From: Lama glama
Taxonomy: Eukaryota
DNA length: 64,000 nt
Direction of reading: 5' to 3'
Assembly: GCA_028534125.1 (NCBI GenBank)
Contig: CM052845.1
Coordinates: 24,428,001-24,492,000, forward strand
Of the stretch, positions 36,901 to 50,267 are shown piece by piece (positions within the stretch are counted from its first letter, which is position 1; the number at the start of each line of letters is the position of its first letter). The notes beneath the pieces were generated by a model. The model did not search any database. It was not told where the DNA came from and was given only the letters and a program-made list of their open reading frames with translations. The translations under genes were made by a program, and so were the position numbers.

Positions 36901-39494
36901 AAGCTTTATTTTATGAAGAAAGACATGTGAGAATATTGACAATTAGGAAATGACCTGTTAGAATTCACATTAGAAAGCGGGCATAGGGAGAAAGAGGGAA
37001 GAAAATGGGACACTTCTAAACACTGTGAGGACTTCCTGGGTTCTGAGTGCAGGTCTGGGGGTGGTCAGGTAAGTCAGACCGGCTCCCAGGCGGCTTTTGT
37101 TTGCGGGGTTGGCGCATCCCTGGCAGAATGGGCTCTGACAGCAGACGAGAGGCTGGTTTTGATGAGGACACAGTGTGGTGGGACACTGTCCCTAATGCAT
37201 CACACACCAGGCGCTCATCCTGCACGGAGCACGTGGCTCCTGCCAACACCCCTTTTCCTCCTGGGCAAACATTTACCCTGGGCAGCAAACGACAGGGACG
37301 GGATGCCTGACACTGCGTCCCCGCGTGTGGCTCACAGCATCCTGGGCTGATGCAGAGCGTGCGCCCCTTCCCACCCACCCTCCTGTGGTCCTCCCCCAAC
37401 ATGCGGGGGGAATTCAGTATCATGGGCTGCAGCGGCTCTGTCCTCGGCTCCCAGGGGACCTGGCGTCCTTGGCTTTCCCGACAGGCCAATGCCATTAGCA
37501 GCTGCAGGACATCCGGGTGGCAGCTTTCTGTCTAGTGAGCAGGCTTCGCGAAGGGCCGCTCCTGGAGCCTCGCGGAGCGTCTGTTCAGTGATGTGCACTC
37601 TCCCTTTCACCACGAGAAGCATGCGAATTCAAAGTGAGCTCCCCTCCTGCCTCCTGATCCATGGGGCGTCACACATGCCATGCAGAGATGCAGGGAATCC
37701 CTGTGTGTGTCTCTGAGTCCCCGTGGCTGTAAGTGTCCTCTGACGTCCGGGGACCCTCAGGGCACACACCTGGGGTCTCAGTCACCTGGGTGTCCCCCCA
37801 GGGCCAAGCCCACTCATGCCTGAATGAAGGGGCGGGAAGGTCGCTCTGACACGGGGCTCTGTGCCTGGGGACAGTGGAGGGTCTCATCTGCCTGCCTGCG
37901 GGCCGTGGGCCAGAAGGTGCTGCCCAAGGTGGCCTTGGTCCCCTCAGTAGGACTGGATTTCCTGACTCCGCTTGTGAGGGAGTTCACTGTAGAAAACCGG
38001 TCACTGCACAGCCGCTCTCCATCCCTTCGATATGTATGTCAGTCTCTTCAGAAGCCTCCTGCCACCTTCACAGCCCAGGACTGTCTCTCGAGGACCTGGG
38101 AGGGAGCCGTCCCCCTGAAATGTCATCCTCAAGGGAGGTGGAGCTCCAAGTTGCAAACCCACGGGCGGCTGTGAAGGTGAGAGGAAGTTCAATAGCCCGC
38201 TGGGTAAGGCTGGTCGCCGGCCCAGCCCCTCCGCCGCCACCCCCCGGTCCCCGCAGAGACAAGCTCAGTTCTCTCCCCGAGCTTGAAGCCCTCCTCCCCG
38301 CCACACTGGCCAGCGCGGTGCCGGCTCTGACACAGGCGCTCACGTGCAGGGACGAACGACTCCAGGGGCAGTGCTGGGGTCAGCACGGCACTGAGGAAAT
38401 TCAGCTCAGAGACGTTCACTCCAGGCTGGAGCCAAGCCCCTCTGGGGCCCGGGGCTTTCTAACAGGATGGGCAGCCTCGGTCCGGAGAGGCTGCCAACGC
38501 CAGGACCCCTGGGTCACAACCCTCTCTGATCTCCTGTGATGGCGGGTGGTTGGTTTGTCTCTGTGAAATGAGGCATCGCTGGTGCTAGAAGACTGGGGTG
38601 GGCGAGACAGGGCTCCTGCGTCCCCCTCACTCCACCTGCCAGTTGGGAGTCAGAGAACGTGATGCAAGGGGCCAGGGACCACTGTCCTGAGGAGGGCGGT
38701 GGTCTTTCTCGCCGGCCTGGGCGCACCTGTTCCTTCACCAGAATCTCCCTTCCTTTCTTTAAAGGGAAGGTGAAAACTTCCAGGCTGGCAGCCAACTCTT
38801 CCTGCAGATGGAGTTCGTTTGCCAAATCGTGAGTCCCTGTATTTTTTTTCCCCACAAATTACTTGCCAACATCTAAAATGAGGAGGTTTCCGACAGAAAG
38901 CAGATTTTTGGCTTCTCTTTAAAGCTCAGGGGCTCCCACAAGGCCTGAGTCAGAGTCACGGCGGGGCTGGCAGGGCAGAGTCTGCGGGCGAGGTGCTCCT
39001 TCCCCGGGGCCGTCCCGGGGGCTGCCCGCCAGGCCCAGAGCGCTCGGGGTCGCCACCCCTCCGTGCAAAAGGGCAACACAATAGAGACAGACTTGAGAAA
39101 TGGGAGGGAAGAGGGAAAGGCCAGGGAAACCACCCATCCACCTCGGGTTTCACACTAAATTACCTCAGAGAAATTCTGAAAATCACGAGGTCATGTTTCT
39201 TAACCTGGAATGAAAATCACTGAAGGGAGTCACTGCTGCTCCGCGAGTTAAAGCACGCATGAAGAGACCGGATTCTCTCAGCGCTCGGGTCGCCGGTGAC
39301 TCTCATGGGGAGGGAGCCCCTCCCCTTGGTAACTGGGTGAAAGACACTTGTCACTGTCACTAGTGTGGAAACCACGGCTTACGGGAACTGGACGAGAAAT
39401 GGGGGAAATGAGGAAATAACTGAGGTCTGACGGAGCAGCCCACCTGCACCAGGCACCTGGCCACCGCCTCGTGTGTAAGGAGCCCGGGCACCAC

Positions 39495-39570
39495 GGCCTG
39501 CACCTGCGACGCAGGAAACCTGAGGCTCAGAGAGGTCACGGTTAGAGACAGAGGTCGGGTCCAGATCCCG
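39495..39570 (-). mobile_element. MIR SINE fragment
   Basis: caggaaacctgaggctcagagaggt, the antisense MIR core. Confidence 0.55.
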
Positions 39571-40339
39571 CGCACCTCCCCACCTCGCCCACCCGGCCCG
39601 GGCTCGCCAAGGACCCGTACATCCCACACCAGGGAGATGCCAGCTGGTCTCAGGATGGCCCCGGGGAGTCGGCGGTGCTGCTCTCTGGCTCCGGCGGGAT
39701 CACTGTCATAAATCTTGCCTAGAGAGTCCCTGGGGCAGGAGCAGCGAGGGTCACTTTAACTTGTCTGTTCCGTTAATAGTGCCAACCTGGGTTCTGGCCC
39801 CGAGCAGAAGCGGCCACGCGCGGTGCTTAAAGGGAAAGGATCAGAGAAGAGTTTCCTCCTGCTCTTAGGACGGGAGTTCAATCTGCTGACGCTTTTTGGT
39901 AATCGCACGTCTCCTCTGTAAGACACAGCAAGTGTGTCTGGAACACACGTGACCGAGAAGGAGTGTGAGTGCCATGGTTTCGTGTCTGGTGGGACCAGGT
40001 GGCCACTTGGAAAGTAAGAGGGTCATGACCAGGAACTGACTCTGCAGCCAGGAGGCGGCTCAGACCTCAGCCTCCAGACAGGGCGGCACCGGGGCCATCG
40101 TGGGGCATGGCTCGTGGCCCTGGGAGCGTGGGTGTCCCCATGGGAGGACACGGAGGCTCCGTGGTCCAGGGCTTCGAGATTGACGCAACTGTCGCCCCCC
40201 CAAAGGAAGGAAACCGGGAGTCTCAAGGGTTTGGTAAACTACCCTTGGGGGACAATCCAAACAGGAGAAGGTCATCGAGACACAGGAAGACAGGGCAGAC
40301 ATCACCGTCAGGAGCAGAGCAAGGAGGGGGTAAGGACAC

Positions 40340-41030
40340 TGGACTGATGCCCGCCCTCGGCTTCTCTCCAAGTTCTCGGCCAAGGAGCTGCCCAGTGGCC
40401 TCCTGCCACCCGCCAGCCGACGTCACGGTCACACCTTCCCTCCAGCACAAGCCTCCAGCAACACCCCCACCTGCCTCTGCTCTTCCTGCTTCATTGCGTT
40501 CAGAACCTTGGCTCCTTCCTCCTGACCTCTTACTGTCAGGTGGCCCAGGCCATGTCCTTGGTCCACTCAGCCCCATGATCTTTCTCCATCTCCCAGGTTT
40601 TCCTGTGTGAACCAGACGCTGGAGACTTCCAGGTGGAGTGTCTGCACAGGTTCACTTACATGCCCAGCTGCCTGCCAGGTATCTCCATGTGGATGTCCGG
40701 AAACGTCCAAACCTGACAGATGAACTTGAACCCCAGTCTCTCCCCCAGGAATGGCAGAAAATGGCAGCTCCAGAAATGAGCATTTTCCAGGTCTCCACAT
40801 AGGTGGGACCCGTGCCCCTCAGGCTGCAGGCATCACCCTCCTATGACACAAGTGGGGCCATGATGCGTCTCTGTCCTCTGTCTCACTAAAGGCCCCATTT
40901 ACTTTTCTGTGGCCCCCACCTCACCCACTGGAACATCAGCTCCATGGGCAGGGCTGTCAGAACGTCCAGACAGATCCCAGCACTTACAGATGTCCCTGAC
41001 CCAGAGGAGGCATGGGATGAGTGCTCGCGG
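40340..41030 (+). mobile_element. L2 LINE fragment (ORF2 end to 3' end)
   Basis: ccagctgcctgccaggtatctccatgtggatgtcc matches L2 ccaactgcctactcgacatctccacttggatgtc. Also cccactggaacatcagctccatgggcaggg. Confidence 0.65.
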
Positions 41031-41045
41031 AACCCCTCAATCTGA

Positions 41046-41236
41046 GTGTCTGTGTGCGTGTGTGTGCGTGTGGGTATATGTACGTGTGCGTGTGCACACA
41101 CACGTGTATCCTTGTACATGTAGGTTTGCATGCGTGCATGTACGTGTGCATGTGTGTGTGTACATGTGAATGAGTGTGCATGTATGTGGCTATGCGTGTG
41201 TGTAAATGTGTGGGTGTGTGTATCCGTGTGTGCGTG
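41046..41236 (+). repeat. Degenerate (TG)n / alternating purine-pyrimidine simple repeat
   Basis: Direct reading. Perfectly alternating tracts at 41074-41109 and 41127-41168. Confidence 0.95.
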
Positions 41237-42031
41237 GTGAGCAGGCTGCTGGAACACACCTGCTGACCCCATCAGTGCAGACGTGGTGACCACCGGGCCG
41301 GTGTGCTCTTCTGGGTGGGCGATCAGCCTGAGGTACGTGTGAATGAAGCCGGGGAGTTCAGTCATCCTGACTTCCTTCCTGGGACACACCAGCCTGCTCA
41401 GGGCCCCTCCCCGCACTCCATCCCTCACCCGCCCAGCATAGGCTCCACGAACCGCACAGAGAGGCCTTTACTCGCCTGCATGGGTCCATGTGCCATCCTG
41501 TCAAAGTGCACTCAGGGCCCGGGAAGCAGCACCAGGTTCCTGCTTTGCCACAAGATGACAGTGACAAACGTGAGTGTGAAATTACATCCCCTTTGAAAGC
41601 CGCCCGCAGGATTTCAGCACATGTCGTCAATGCCCTTGAATGAAGACATGAAAGGAGGCAAGGGGCTGTCCCTCCCTCGTTGGTTCTCTCTAAACCCAGG
41701 GTGCTGGGGGGGCCTCACACACAGAGCCGTGGGTGGGCGGAGCAGCCCTGGGGACTCGCTGATTAAGCAGACTGAGGCGTGTGCAGATCACTCACCAGCC
41801 ACAGTGGCAAAACACAAAGGCGTTTTCAGTGACAGACTGGGGGCGGGGGGGCGCTTTATTTCCATCCAGCAAAGCTAGGCGCTGACACAAAACTGCAGGG
41901 AGAAAGGCATGAGGTCTGTCTGTTTCCAGCCACAACAAGAGGGGATGAGAGCAGTGTCCTCAGTGTCAACAGGTCAGGTTGGATGAGAAACATGCAGCTG
42001 TGAGAATGGCAAGCTTGCACTCGGCCCGGGG

Positions 42032-42049
42032 ACAGCCCCCTGGTGGCTC
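42032..42049 (-). promoter_or_regulatory. CTCF core motif candidate
   Basis: Minus strand reads GAGCCACCAGGGGGCTGT versus the consensus core CCASYAGRKGGCR. Motif match only. Confidence 0.45.
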
Positions 42050-43479
42050 TGGCAACACTACGGGGCACCTGATGGTGACGTCCCTGGAGTCGGATGCCAG
42101 GCTCCAGCGCGGCCACTGATAGCTGCACAAGGGGCTCTGTCTGAGTGGCCGTGCTGGGGCCCATCCCTGCCTGGACTCGGGTGTCCCCACCGCCCAGCCC
42201 GCAGCTCCAAGCTCCACCTGAGCCCACTTTCCTGGGCTGCACCTGTTTTTATGTGGCATTAAGAAAAGGCCAGGGAAACACCCTCCCCTGGAAAGCCCAG
42301 GACGGCGCAGGCCTGCGTCCCCTCCTGGGTCCACGCCTGTACCCCGGCTCCTCCCGCAGGTGCAGAGGCCCCAGGTCACCTCGGGAGCTGGGCCGCAGCA
42401 CAGACAGAGTGCAGTCCAGAGTCAAGGAGACCTGTCCCCAGGGACCTCTGAGCTGCAAGTCCCCCGAAACCTGCTCCCACAGTTTCAGATTTTGCTTTTT
42501 CCTGTTGGTATTCTAAACTTAATGTGGTTTCAAAACCCAGAAAAGAGAGGTTTTGTCTTACTGCCGCGAACATCCGACTGTCTTTGTGAGGCTGGCAGAT
42601 AAATGTTACCACCCACACAAACAGGGCAGCTGACTCCCGGTGTCTTGTCCCTGCTGAGCAGACGTGTCGGGGGGCCCCGAGGGTGTTGGCCTATGGTCAG
42701 CAAGCCGCAGGGGCAGTAGACGACATGGGGCCCCATAAACGTCCAGCAGGGCTACCCCGTTCCAGGTGTGTAGCGTCTGGTGACCAGGCGAAGACAGATG
42801 ATGCTGCCCCGGCCATCCAGGGGTCTGCAGGTGGGTTTAGGGTTGGGGGAGACCAAGGGAGATAATACAAACCCCCAGACGAGGGCCTGGGGTGACATTC
42901 CTCCCCCGCATTCTGGGAGGGCGCGCACACGACCTGCGGCCGGTGTGGGCACGAACCCACAGCCACAGTCTGGCACCCGGTGACCCTGGAGTGGAAGTGA
43001 GGAATGGGCCTGGGGGTGGCGCGGCCCAGTGCGGGGAGGGGCCGGGACCCGCAGAGCCGTCAGGGGGCTTGTCCCAGCACACAGGTCCAGGGCAGGGAGC
43101 TGCCAGTCCATTAAGCACTGTTTTTGAATAACAAGTTTTTTCATTTTAAAATACGAACACTTGCTTAGACAGAGAAAAGCAATATCCTACAATCGCCACC
43201 CAGAGCCATGCCGTTTGGCCCTCGTCACCAGGACACAGGTCCTCCACCGCACGCCTTCCCGCACAGACGTGACCCCACGGCCGTGCGGCGGCCGGCGTGC
43301 TTTCCCCACTCCAGACGTGAACGTGCCCGCTCTTGTCCCTCACGACCACCTGCAACTGCCTCCACTGGCCGCACCACGGTTTGTTATGTAAACGTTTTCT
43401 TTTACTGAAAGAGCCTCCCGAGAGACGCTGAACATCCAAGGAATTTTCAACTTTTCACGCTAAGAGAAGGTCCTTTCCA

Positions 43480-43900
43480 GTGACGATCTAGAACCAGAAT
43501 TTTGGGGTCAAAGAAAATGAACATTTTCAAGGCTTCAGATGCCGTTCCCTCCAAGGCCGCGTCTGAGTGTCCCCTCACACGCTGTGGTGGCCGCTGCCGT
43601 TAAAAGTTAACACCACGGCGAGCAGGGCACTCCGCTCTGCAAGTTCTGCTCTCAGTCTCCGCTTACTCCGTCTCTACTCGCACGGGGGCTCTTTCCGGGG
43701 CTCTGTGCTGCGCGGCGTGACCATTCTCTCCGTCGGTGACTTCTCCCTCGAGGGACACTGCCTCGTATTTCCCATGTCGATTTGAGATCTCTTTTCCTAT
43801 ATTAAAATTTTTGTGTCAACATGTTGCAAATATTTTCCTGCTGTGTTTCTGCCTTTAATTCTGTTCGTGATTATTTCTGACCGGGAGGAACCTGACTCTT
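43480..43900 (-). mobile_element. Old L1 fragment
   Basis: gatttgagatctcttttcctatattaaa...atgttgcaaatattttcc...tttaattctgttcgtg resembles antisense L1 ORF2 3' region. Confidence 0.5.
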
Positions 43901-46496
43901 CAGTTATTATCTGCTCTCATTGCTACCCCTGCTCAGTTTCATGCCTAGAAAGGCTCCCACCCAGGAACCGCTTCAGCTTCCCCTCGTACCTCTGTTGACA
44001 TGTGCTCATGAAAACCTGCAACATATGTCAGAGACGGGAGGCAAATGCAGAATGTCCCCATCTGGCCCCACCTGACCACCCGAGCAGGTGCGTGGGGCCA
44101 CCGGTCACTGGGGCTGTACGTCCTCCTCCATCGCCTGTGACAGGTGGTCACCGGGCAGCATCATGGTGACCATGGCACAGCAGACAAGCTGGGGTTGGGA
44201 AGCCGTCCCCTAAATGCAGTCGCCATCCGCCTCCCGGCGATTTCCACGTGTTGGGATGGGTTCCAAGGAACACCAGGCTCTTTCCCCGCCGGGAGGTTGG
44301 CGTGGGAGACAGAGCACCACTTCTTCTGTGATCCCGAGACCCCGCACTTGGAATCTCGGCCCCTCCTCTCCTGCTGTCCCCGGGATACGCTTGCCCCTCC
44401 CATGGGATTCGTCCTGGGGGACGGGTGGACGGACAGCCCTCGTTTTCCACCTGTGAGTTCTCCGGGAGAAAACGCCCAGAGCGACCCCGCGAGCTGGGTC
44501 AGTGGCCCTCGTTCCCTGGCACCGCCGGCTTCTCGGGGATGCCGCTGGGACCCATGAAGCCTGTGCACAGGCAGGAGTGCCGACCGAGGAGCTCTGCTGA
44601 GCACTCCCAGCGTCACAGAGACGGGCGATTTACGAAGGCAAAGCTCAGCTACCATTTGGCTCCAAAGTCTTCCTGCTCAAGAACCAGCTACCAAAGTCAT
44701 GTGCCCGTGAAAAAGAAAAGCCGCCACGAGAATTAAGCAGAGCTCTCCTGGAAAGCGTGGGTGGATGTAAGAAAACGGAATTTTTTGGAACAAAAAGGAA
44801 AATACTTGAAAACTTATTTGGCATGTACCCCTGGATGTCACAGTGTCTACACAGAAGGCGTTCGGACTCTCCCATCTACACCTCAAACACGGCAATGTGA
44901 CACTTTGTGCAGCTTCCCATGAATATACGTTTTGTCACTGAATCATGAGATCCTGGAGAAAAAAAGAAAAGGCTTTACATTTTCTCTGTTATCAAAACTC
45001 CTACAGAATTCCCACCAGCGGTGCTGAGAGATCAGCTTCCACGTTTTTTAAAGCGACTGTGCCGATGGGAGCCCAGGGGTGGGAAGACGGCTCTGGGCTC
45101 AGACCCCCGTCTGCAGCAGGCGGCGGCACGTCACGTAAACCCCCTCCGAGACCCGGGGCTCTCGGCCACTGAACAAGGAGATGACGTCCCCTCCGAAGGC
45201 CACTCCAAGCACGAAAGGAGATGACGCAGGTGAAGCCACCCCTGCAGTCTCCACACCAGTGCGAGGACACACTGCACCCGCCGGTTCTCCTGAGGGCCAC
45301 CTCTGTCCTCATGAGGCTCAGCTCAGGGAAGGAGCCGCGTTCAGACTCGACCGTCCCGAGAGCCCTCGCACCCCCCATTTCTGCTCTGACCACTATGTTT
45401 CCTCGGGTCACTGACCAGACGGTTCCCGCAATGTGCACCCTGCGAGGCCAGCACAGCCCTGCACACCAGACCCCCCACCACAGACACACACCCTGGGGCA
45501 CAGGCGGGTGCCTGGTCCTCTGGTCCCCTCCCTCCTGCCCTGGACCCTGCCTCCTGCACGTCAGATTCTCACAGTTCCCTTCCTCTCCGGGAGGCCCCGC
45601 GGGGAACCTGATGTTTTGTGTCATGTTTGATTATCAGGAATACCTGGCCTTCTTTCCTCTTTCTCTTTCAGTTTATATTTTTTCTGAGCCATTCTTTATT
45701 TTTGCCACCTAAGCATTCTGAATCCTGTAGCAAATCCAGGACACCACGCCCGTCCGTAGCACGCGGACAGGTCACTCACGACACGTCATCGTGCATCTGC
45801 TGCGCTCCCGGCTCCACGGTGCCCAGCACAAAACCGGAGGGGCAGAGAGCTCACCCCTGCGCAGCGGCTCGCAGCCCGACTCTCCTAGTCCCTCCCCTAC
45901 TCTCTGTCTGCACGGCTTCTCTGTCTATCTGAAATGCTTCATTGTGCCCTAACAAATTCTCTTCGGAACGAGGCAGGGCTCACTCACACCTGACGTGTGC
46001 TGGGCTCCCCGCACGTCCCCGAGCCCCTTCCAGGGTCGCTCCTGGCTCTTCCCCCGTCTGTCAGACACCTGCTCGCCCATCAGGACCAGCTCAGGAGCCC
46101 CTTCCTGGTGGAGCCCCCCTGCTCTGGGTCCCTAGGGCGGCTGGCACGTTGCTCTGTGAGGTCACGTCTACGCTGCGATGTAAGGATTACTTACCACCTT
46201 TTCTCCAGAGAAGAAACTGCTTCCGGATAAGAAGAATCAGAAGGTCACCCTGTTCTACACCTGCGTCCTCATGCCTGACAAGCCAGAGGCTCCCTGGGCG
46301 AGGGTCCCATCCACGGACAAGTCACCCGAGGTCCCCAGGCCCGACTGTCCCTTCAGGTTCGCCCTGGATGTGCAGACAGCCCAGCACCAGCCGGCACGGA
46401 CCTAGGACGCCTGCGTTTTCAAAGGCTGACTGAAGCCCCTGCGAGGTCTGGGTCCTGGGGCTCCATCGGATGAGGGTGTGGCAAACTGACTCAGCA

Positions 46497-46700
46497 GGAC
46501 AAACGGGGGAAGCTGAGGGGACAGGAGAGATGGGGGGACAAGAGGTCAGAAGGGGATAGGAGGGGACAGGAGAGATGGGGACAGGGGAGATGGGGGACAG
46601 GAAGGACGGGGGACAGGAGGGACAAGAGGCGATGGGGTACTGGGGGACAGCAGGGATGGAGGGACAGGGGACAGGAGCAGATAGAACCAGAGGGGACAGA
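46497..46700 (+). repeat. Purine-rich low-complexity (GGGGACAG/GGAGAGAT) repeat
   Basis: Repeated ggggacagga and gagatgggg motifs. Confidence 0.85.
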
Positions 46701-46709
46701 CAAGCCAGA

Positions 46710-47300
46710 AGGGCGGGCGGCTCCCGGGGCGACCTGGGTGCCCTCGCCTCCTCCTCGGCCGTCGGCACATCCACCCCGGCTCCCGGATGGTCAGGAAGCA
46801 GCCGCAGCAGAACCGTGGCTGCACGAGGCCCGAGGCGAGGCTGCTGTGGGAACCCCCACCGAGGAGGAGGCCAGAACGCCGAGCCGCAGGCCCAGGCTGC
46901 CCAGCGGGTCCGACGTGCGGTCTACAGCTCGCTCTCCCCTGCGTCTCTGCGTCGGGAGCAGAGCCGGAGGGGAAAGCCCACCTCCCAGGCATCAAGTCTG
47001 CACGGCTTCTAAACTGGAAGCTGCCTCCTGGACTTACCGGTGGCTTCGGAACAAGAAAGCAAAAGTGAGAAACCCGCAGCGCGCCACCTCACACGCGCCT
47101 GGAGAAAAGGCACCGAGCCCTTCAAAGTCCGCACCGTTCGGACGCGGGCTCTGCGGCGGCGTCTGGGGGTCGAGGAGACGCAGACCAGCGCAGGGAAGGG
47201 CCCCCTCAGGCGGCAGCGGCCCCGCCGGCCAATCCTGAGCGCGGGGACCGCCGAAGCCTCGCCAGCGGGCTTGCGGCTGCACAGCGCTGACCCGCACTGC
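46710..47300. promoter_or_regulatory. CpG-rich promoter-like segment with CCAAT box and a strong minus-strand splice donor
   Basis: High CpG density, GGCCAATC with CCAAT at 47229-47233, and minus-strand donor CCG|GTAAGT at 47037-47032. Confidence 0.4.
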
Positions 47301-48999
47301 CATCAGACTTGTCCTTTGCTCTCAACTCGTGGCTTGCAAGGCAGCCAGTGACAATTTCCAGAACGGCACCGAGGAGCCATCTGCCCGATCCTGGCTTCCC
47401 GGACACCCCACCCCCCGGACACACCAGGGGCTCTGGGCGCAGGCGTCTCCCGGCTTGTTGAGTCTGCGGTGTCTTCGTGGAACCTCCTCCACCAGCAGAA
47501 CAGGCAGCCTCTGCCCCGTCCCTTCCCCCCGACACAGCCGCGTGCCCAGGGCCAGGGCAGCGGGCAGGAAGATGCCCAGAGCTGCATCTCTGTGCCCCCC
47601 CCACGCTGCTGTCACAGTCCGGGGTAGGACAGCCCACCACCCCAGCCTGACCCATGCAGGACATCCCTGGTGTCACGCGGCGGCGGCAGGCAGGTTTCAT
47701 CTGGAGCTGCACTGACCCCAAGTCCCAGGAGTGCAGGTTCAGAGCCTCCCCGGTGCTGGGGCCACCCCTCCTGACCGCATAGCCTTGCTCCCCACGTGAC
47801 ACCAGCCCCCCGGACGTTCCTGTGACGCGGGTCACGTGGACGACACCCTCCCGGCCCGAACAGGGACTTTGGGAGCAGTCCGGCCTGCACCTGCGCACTC
47901 TGTATCTCAGGCAGCCGCCTCTGTCTGCCCGGCCAGATAGGCTTTTACTCCAAGTCCAGTCGAGCGACCACCCCACCTCCTCCTGGGTCTGCGTCCGGAG
48001 CACCTCCTCCTGGGCGGGGAGCAGGTGCAGGGAGACGCCCCCGGCCCAGTCTGTGCACAGCGTGGGCCACTGCTTCAGGGGGGCCACAGTGCCCCTGGCC
48101 CCCCACGGCCCCTCCACCTGAAGGGGCCCGCGGCTCAGTCAGGCCGTCTGTCCTTCTCACTCCGGCTGTGGGAGGGGTCCTGGGCGCCTCCCCGAGGCCC
48201 CACCCAGGGCAGGCCTCTCTGCCCCTTCCCCAGAGCCACCTCCCTCCTGGAGTCCCTCGTCCCCAGCAGGACCTCGGGTGAAGGACCACCGCTCCCTGTG
48301 AGCTCCGAGCCCCAGGAGGCCGGGGCCGAGCGGCTCCGCTGTGCCCTCGGGACCTCCTGGATGCGCCGTTTGCTCAGTATCGGGGTGTGAATGCTCGGCC
48401 AGGCCTGGGGCACGGGAGTCGCGCAGGAATCTGGCCTGCAACTCGCGCACCCTCCCGCCCCCGCGAGCTCCGCGGCCCCGGGGTCCGCACGGGACTGCAT
48501 CGCTCTGTTGCGGCGGACGCTCGTTATTTACTCAAAGTCTGCGGGAAGTACAGACAGCTTAGCCGTGCACTGAGATGCCCACACAGGCACCACGGGAAAG
48601 TTAAACACAATGCTGGTATCAGCGGCCCCTTTTGGGAAACTCTGTGCTTGCAGAAGTGACTCTGGGGCACAAAAATCCAGATGATTGCTGTCACGTGGCC
48701 TGTGTTTAAAAATACCCTCACCATCTGCGTGGAAATAAACTGATCGCTCAGCTTCTCCGAGAGCTGTGGCCGGCGCTCACTCACCAGTGTGGCCAAAGGC
48801 CGGAGCTGGGCGTCCCACCTGGTACCACCAGGGAGGCCCACGGCCTGAGCACTGCCGCCAGCTCACGTGGACGCCCAGCGAGCCAGGTGGGGACCCTAGC
48901 CTGGGCAAGCTGAACGGTCCCTCCCAGCTGCAGACTCCCCGCCCACCCGGCTTAAACGGTCCCTGAGTGTGTCTCTCACTGAGTCATTTTGTTTCGTGA

Positions 49000-49046
49000 G
49001 TGTGTGCGTGCACATGCACGTGTACACACGCACGTATGTGTGTGCA
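49000..49046 (+). repeat. 47-bp perfectly alternating purine-pyrimidine tract
   Basis: gtgtgtgcgtgcacatgcacgtgtacacacgcacgtatgtgtgtgca. Confidence 0.9.
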
Positions 49047-50267
49047 GATACACATTTGCTCCCCACTGGAACGCGAGCCTCGAGGCATCAGAGACATCTG
49101 TCTCCTGCCCCCCTCCCTGCAGGGCTGGCACAGGTGAGGACTTGCTGAATGAATGGTGACCCCCTTCCCTGGCGCAGAGATGAGAGCTGCGAGAATCCAC
49201 CCCCTTACTGGGCTTCCCCGCGTCTCAACCAGGAAGGCGACGCCACCCTGCCCCGAGGACGAGGAAGCTGATGTGCCCCCGAAAGGTCGTCTGTGCCCCT
49301 TTACTCTTTGGGGTATGAACCCACCTGCCGACACATTTCCAGGCCCAGCACAGCATCCCGGTCCTACAGCTCATGTGCACGTCCACGTCCACACACAGTG
49401 TTCGACGGGCTCTCGGTTCAGGCCAGACTGCAGGTGCGCTCAGAGCCTCAGGGAAGGCAGGGACCGTGGGGGCTGGAGGCTGAACGGGCCTTGCGGGCTC
49501 TGTGGAGCCAGGAAGGTGCAGGAGCAGCGGGAAGGAGGAGGCTTCCGGGCGTTTATGAGAAGCTGCCATAGGGAAAAAGGGCACAGGACGGGGGGCGGCC
49601 ATGGACCAGCACCGGGTGGCGTGAGTGCAGCTGGCTGGGAGCCGTGGGCCCCCGTCCCTCCCGTTCCCTGCGTCCTTGCAACGTGCCGGGAGGTGGTGCG
49701 AGATTCCCGAACACTCCGTGACTTGTCTTCTTAGACAGGGGCCCGGTCTGGTTACGAGGAACAAGACCCCGCTCTTCCAGGAGCCCTGCCTCCGCGAAGG
49801 AGCAGGAGGAGCAGGACCCAGGAGGCTGCCCCCTTCTCGCCCGGAGACGCTGCAGAGCCAGCTCGGGACCCGGGAACCTGCACTCGACACCACTGCGGGG
49901 GGTGGGCGCTGCTTCCGGGCGGTCAGTCTGGGGCTCTCTCTGGCGACGCCAGGAGGCGCGTCCCGCCCCTGCGCAGCGGTTCTCCAGCCCCAGCTGCTCC
50001 GTCCCCAGCCCGGGCGGGCCTGTGCCAGCTGCGGTTTTACCGCTGGCCTCCTTCCCCAGGCCCTGACTCCTTGCTTGGCTATTAACAGTCAGATTGTAGA
50101 AGCTCCCACAGCCGTGATGGCCCTGAGCTGCTCAGGTGAGGGTGAGGCTGTGCTCCGGGGGCGAATTCCCACCAGCTCTGGCCTGGAAGTCAGGGGGAGG
50201 CCCAGGGCCCTCGGGTGAGGGTGCGGCTCAGAGTGCGTATCCTCTGCAGGGTGGACGCACATGTGGG

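Noticed and set aside
44870-44975. Strong minus-strand acceptors here and at about 15140
   Set aside because: No good downstream donor and no recognisable peptide. They may simply be A-rich runs.
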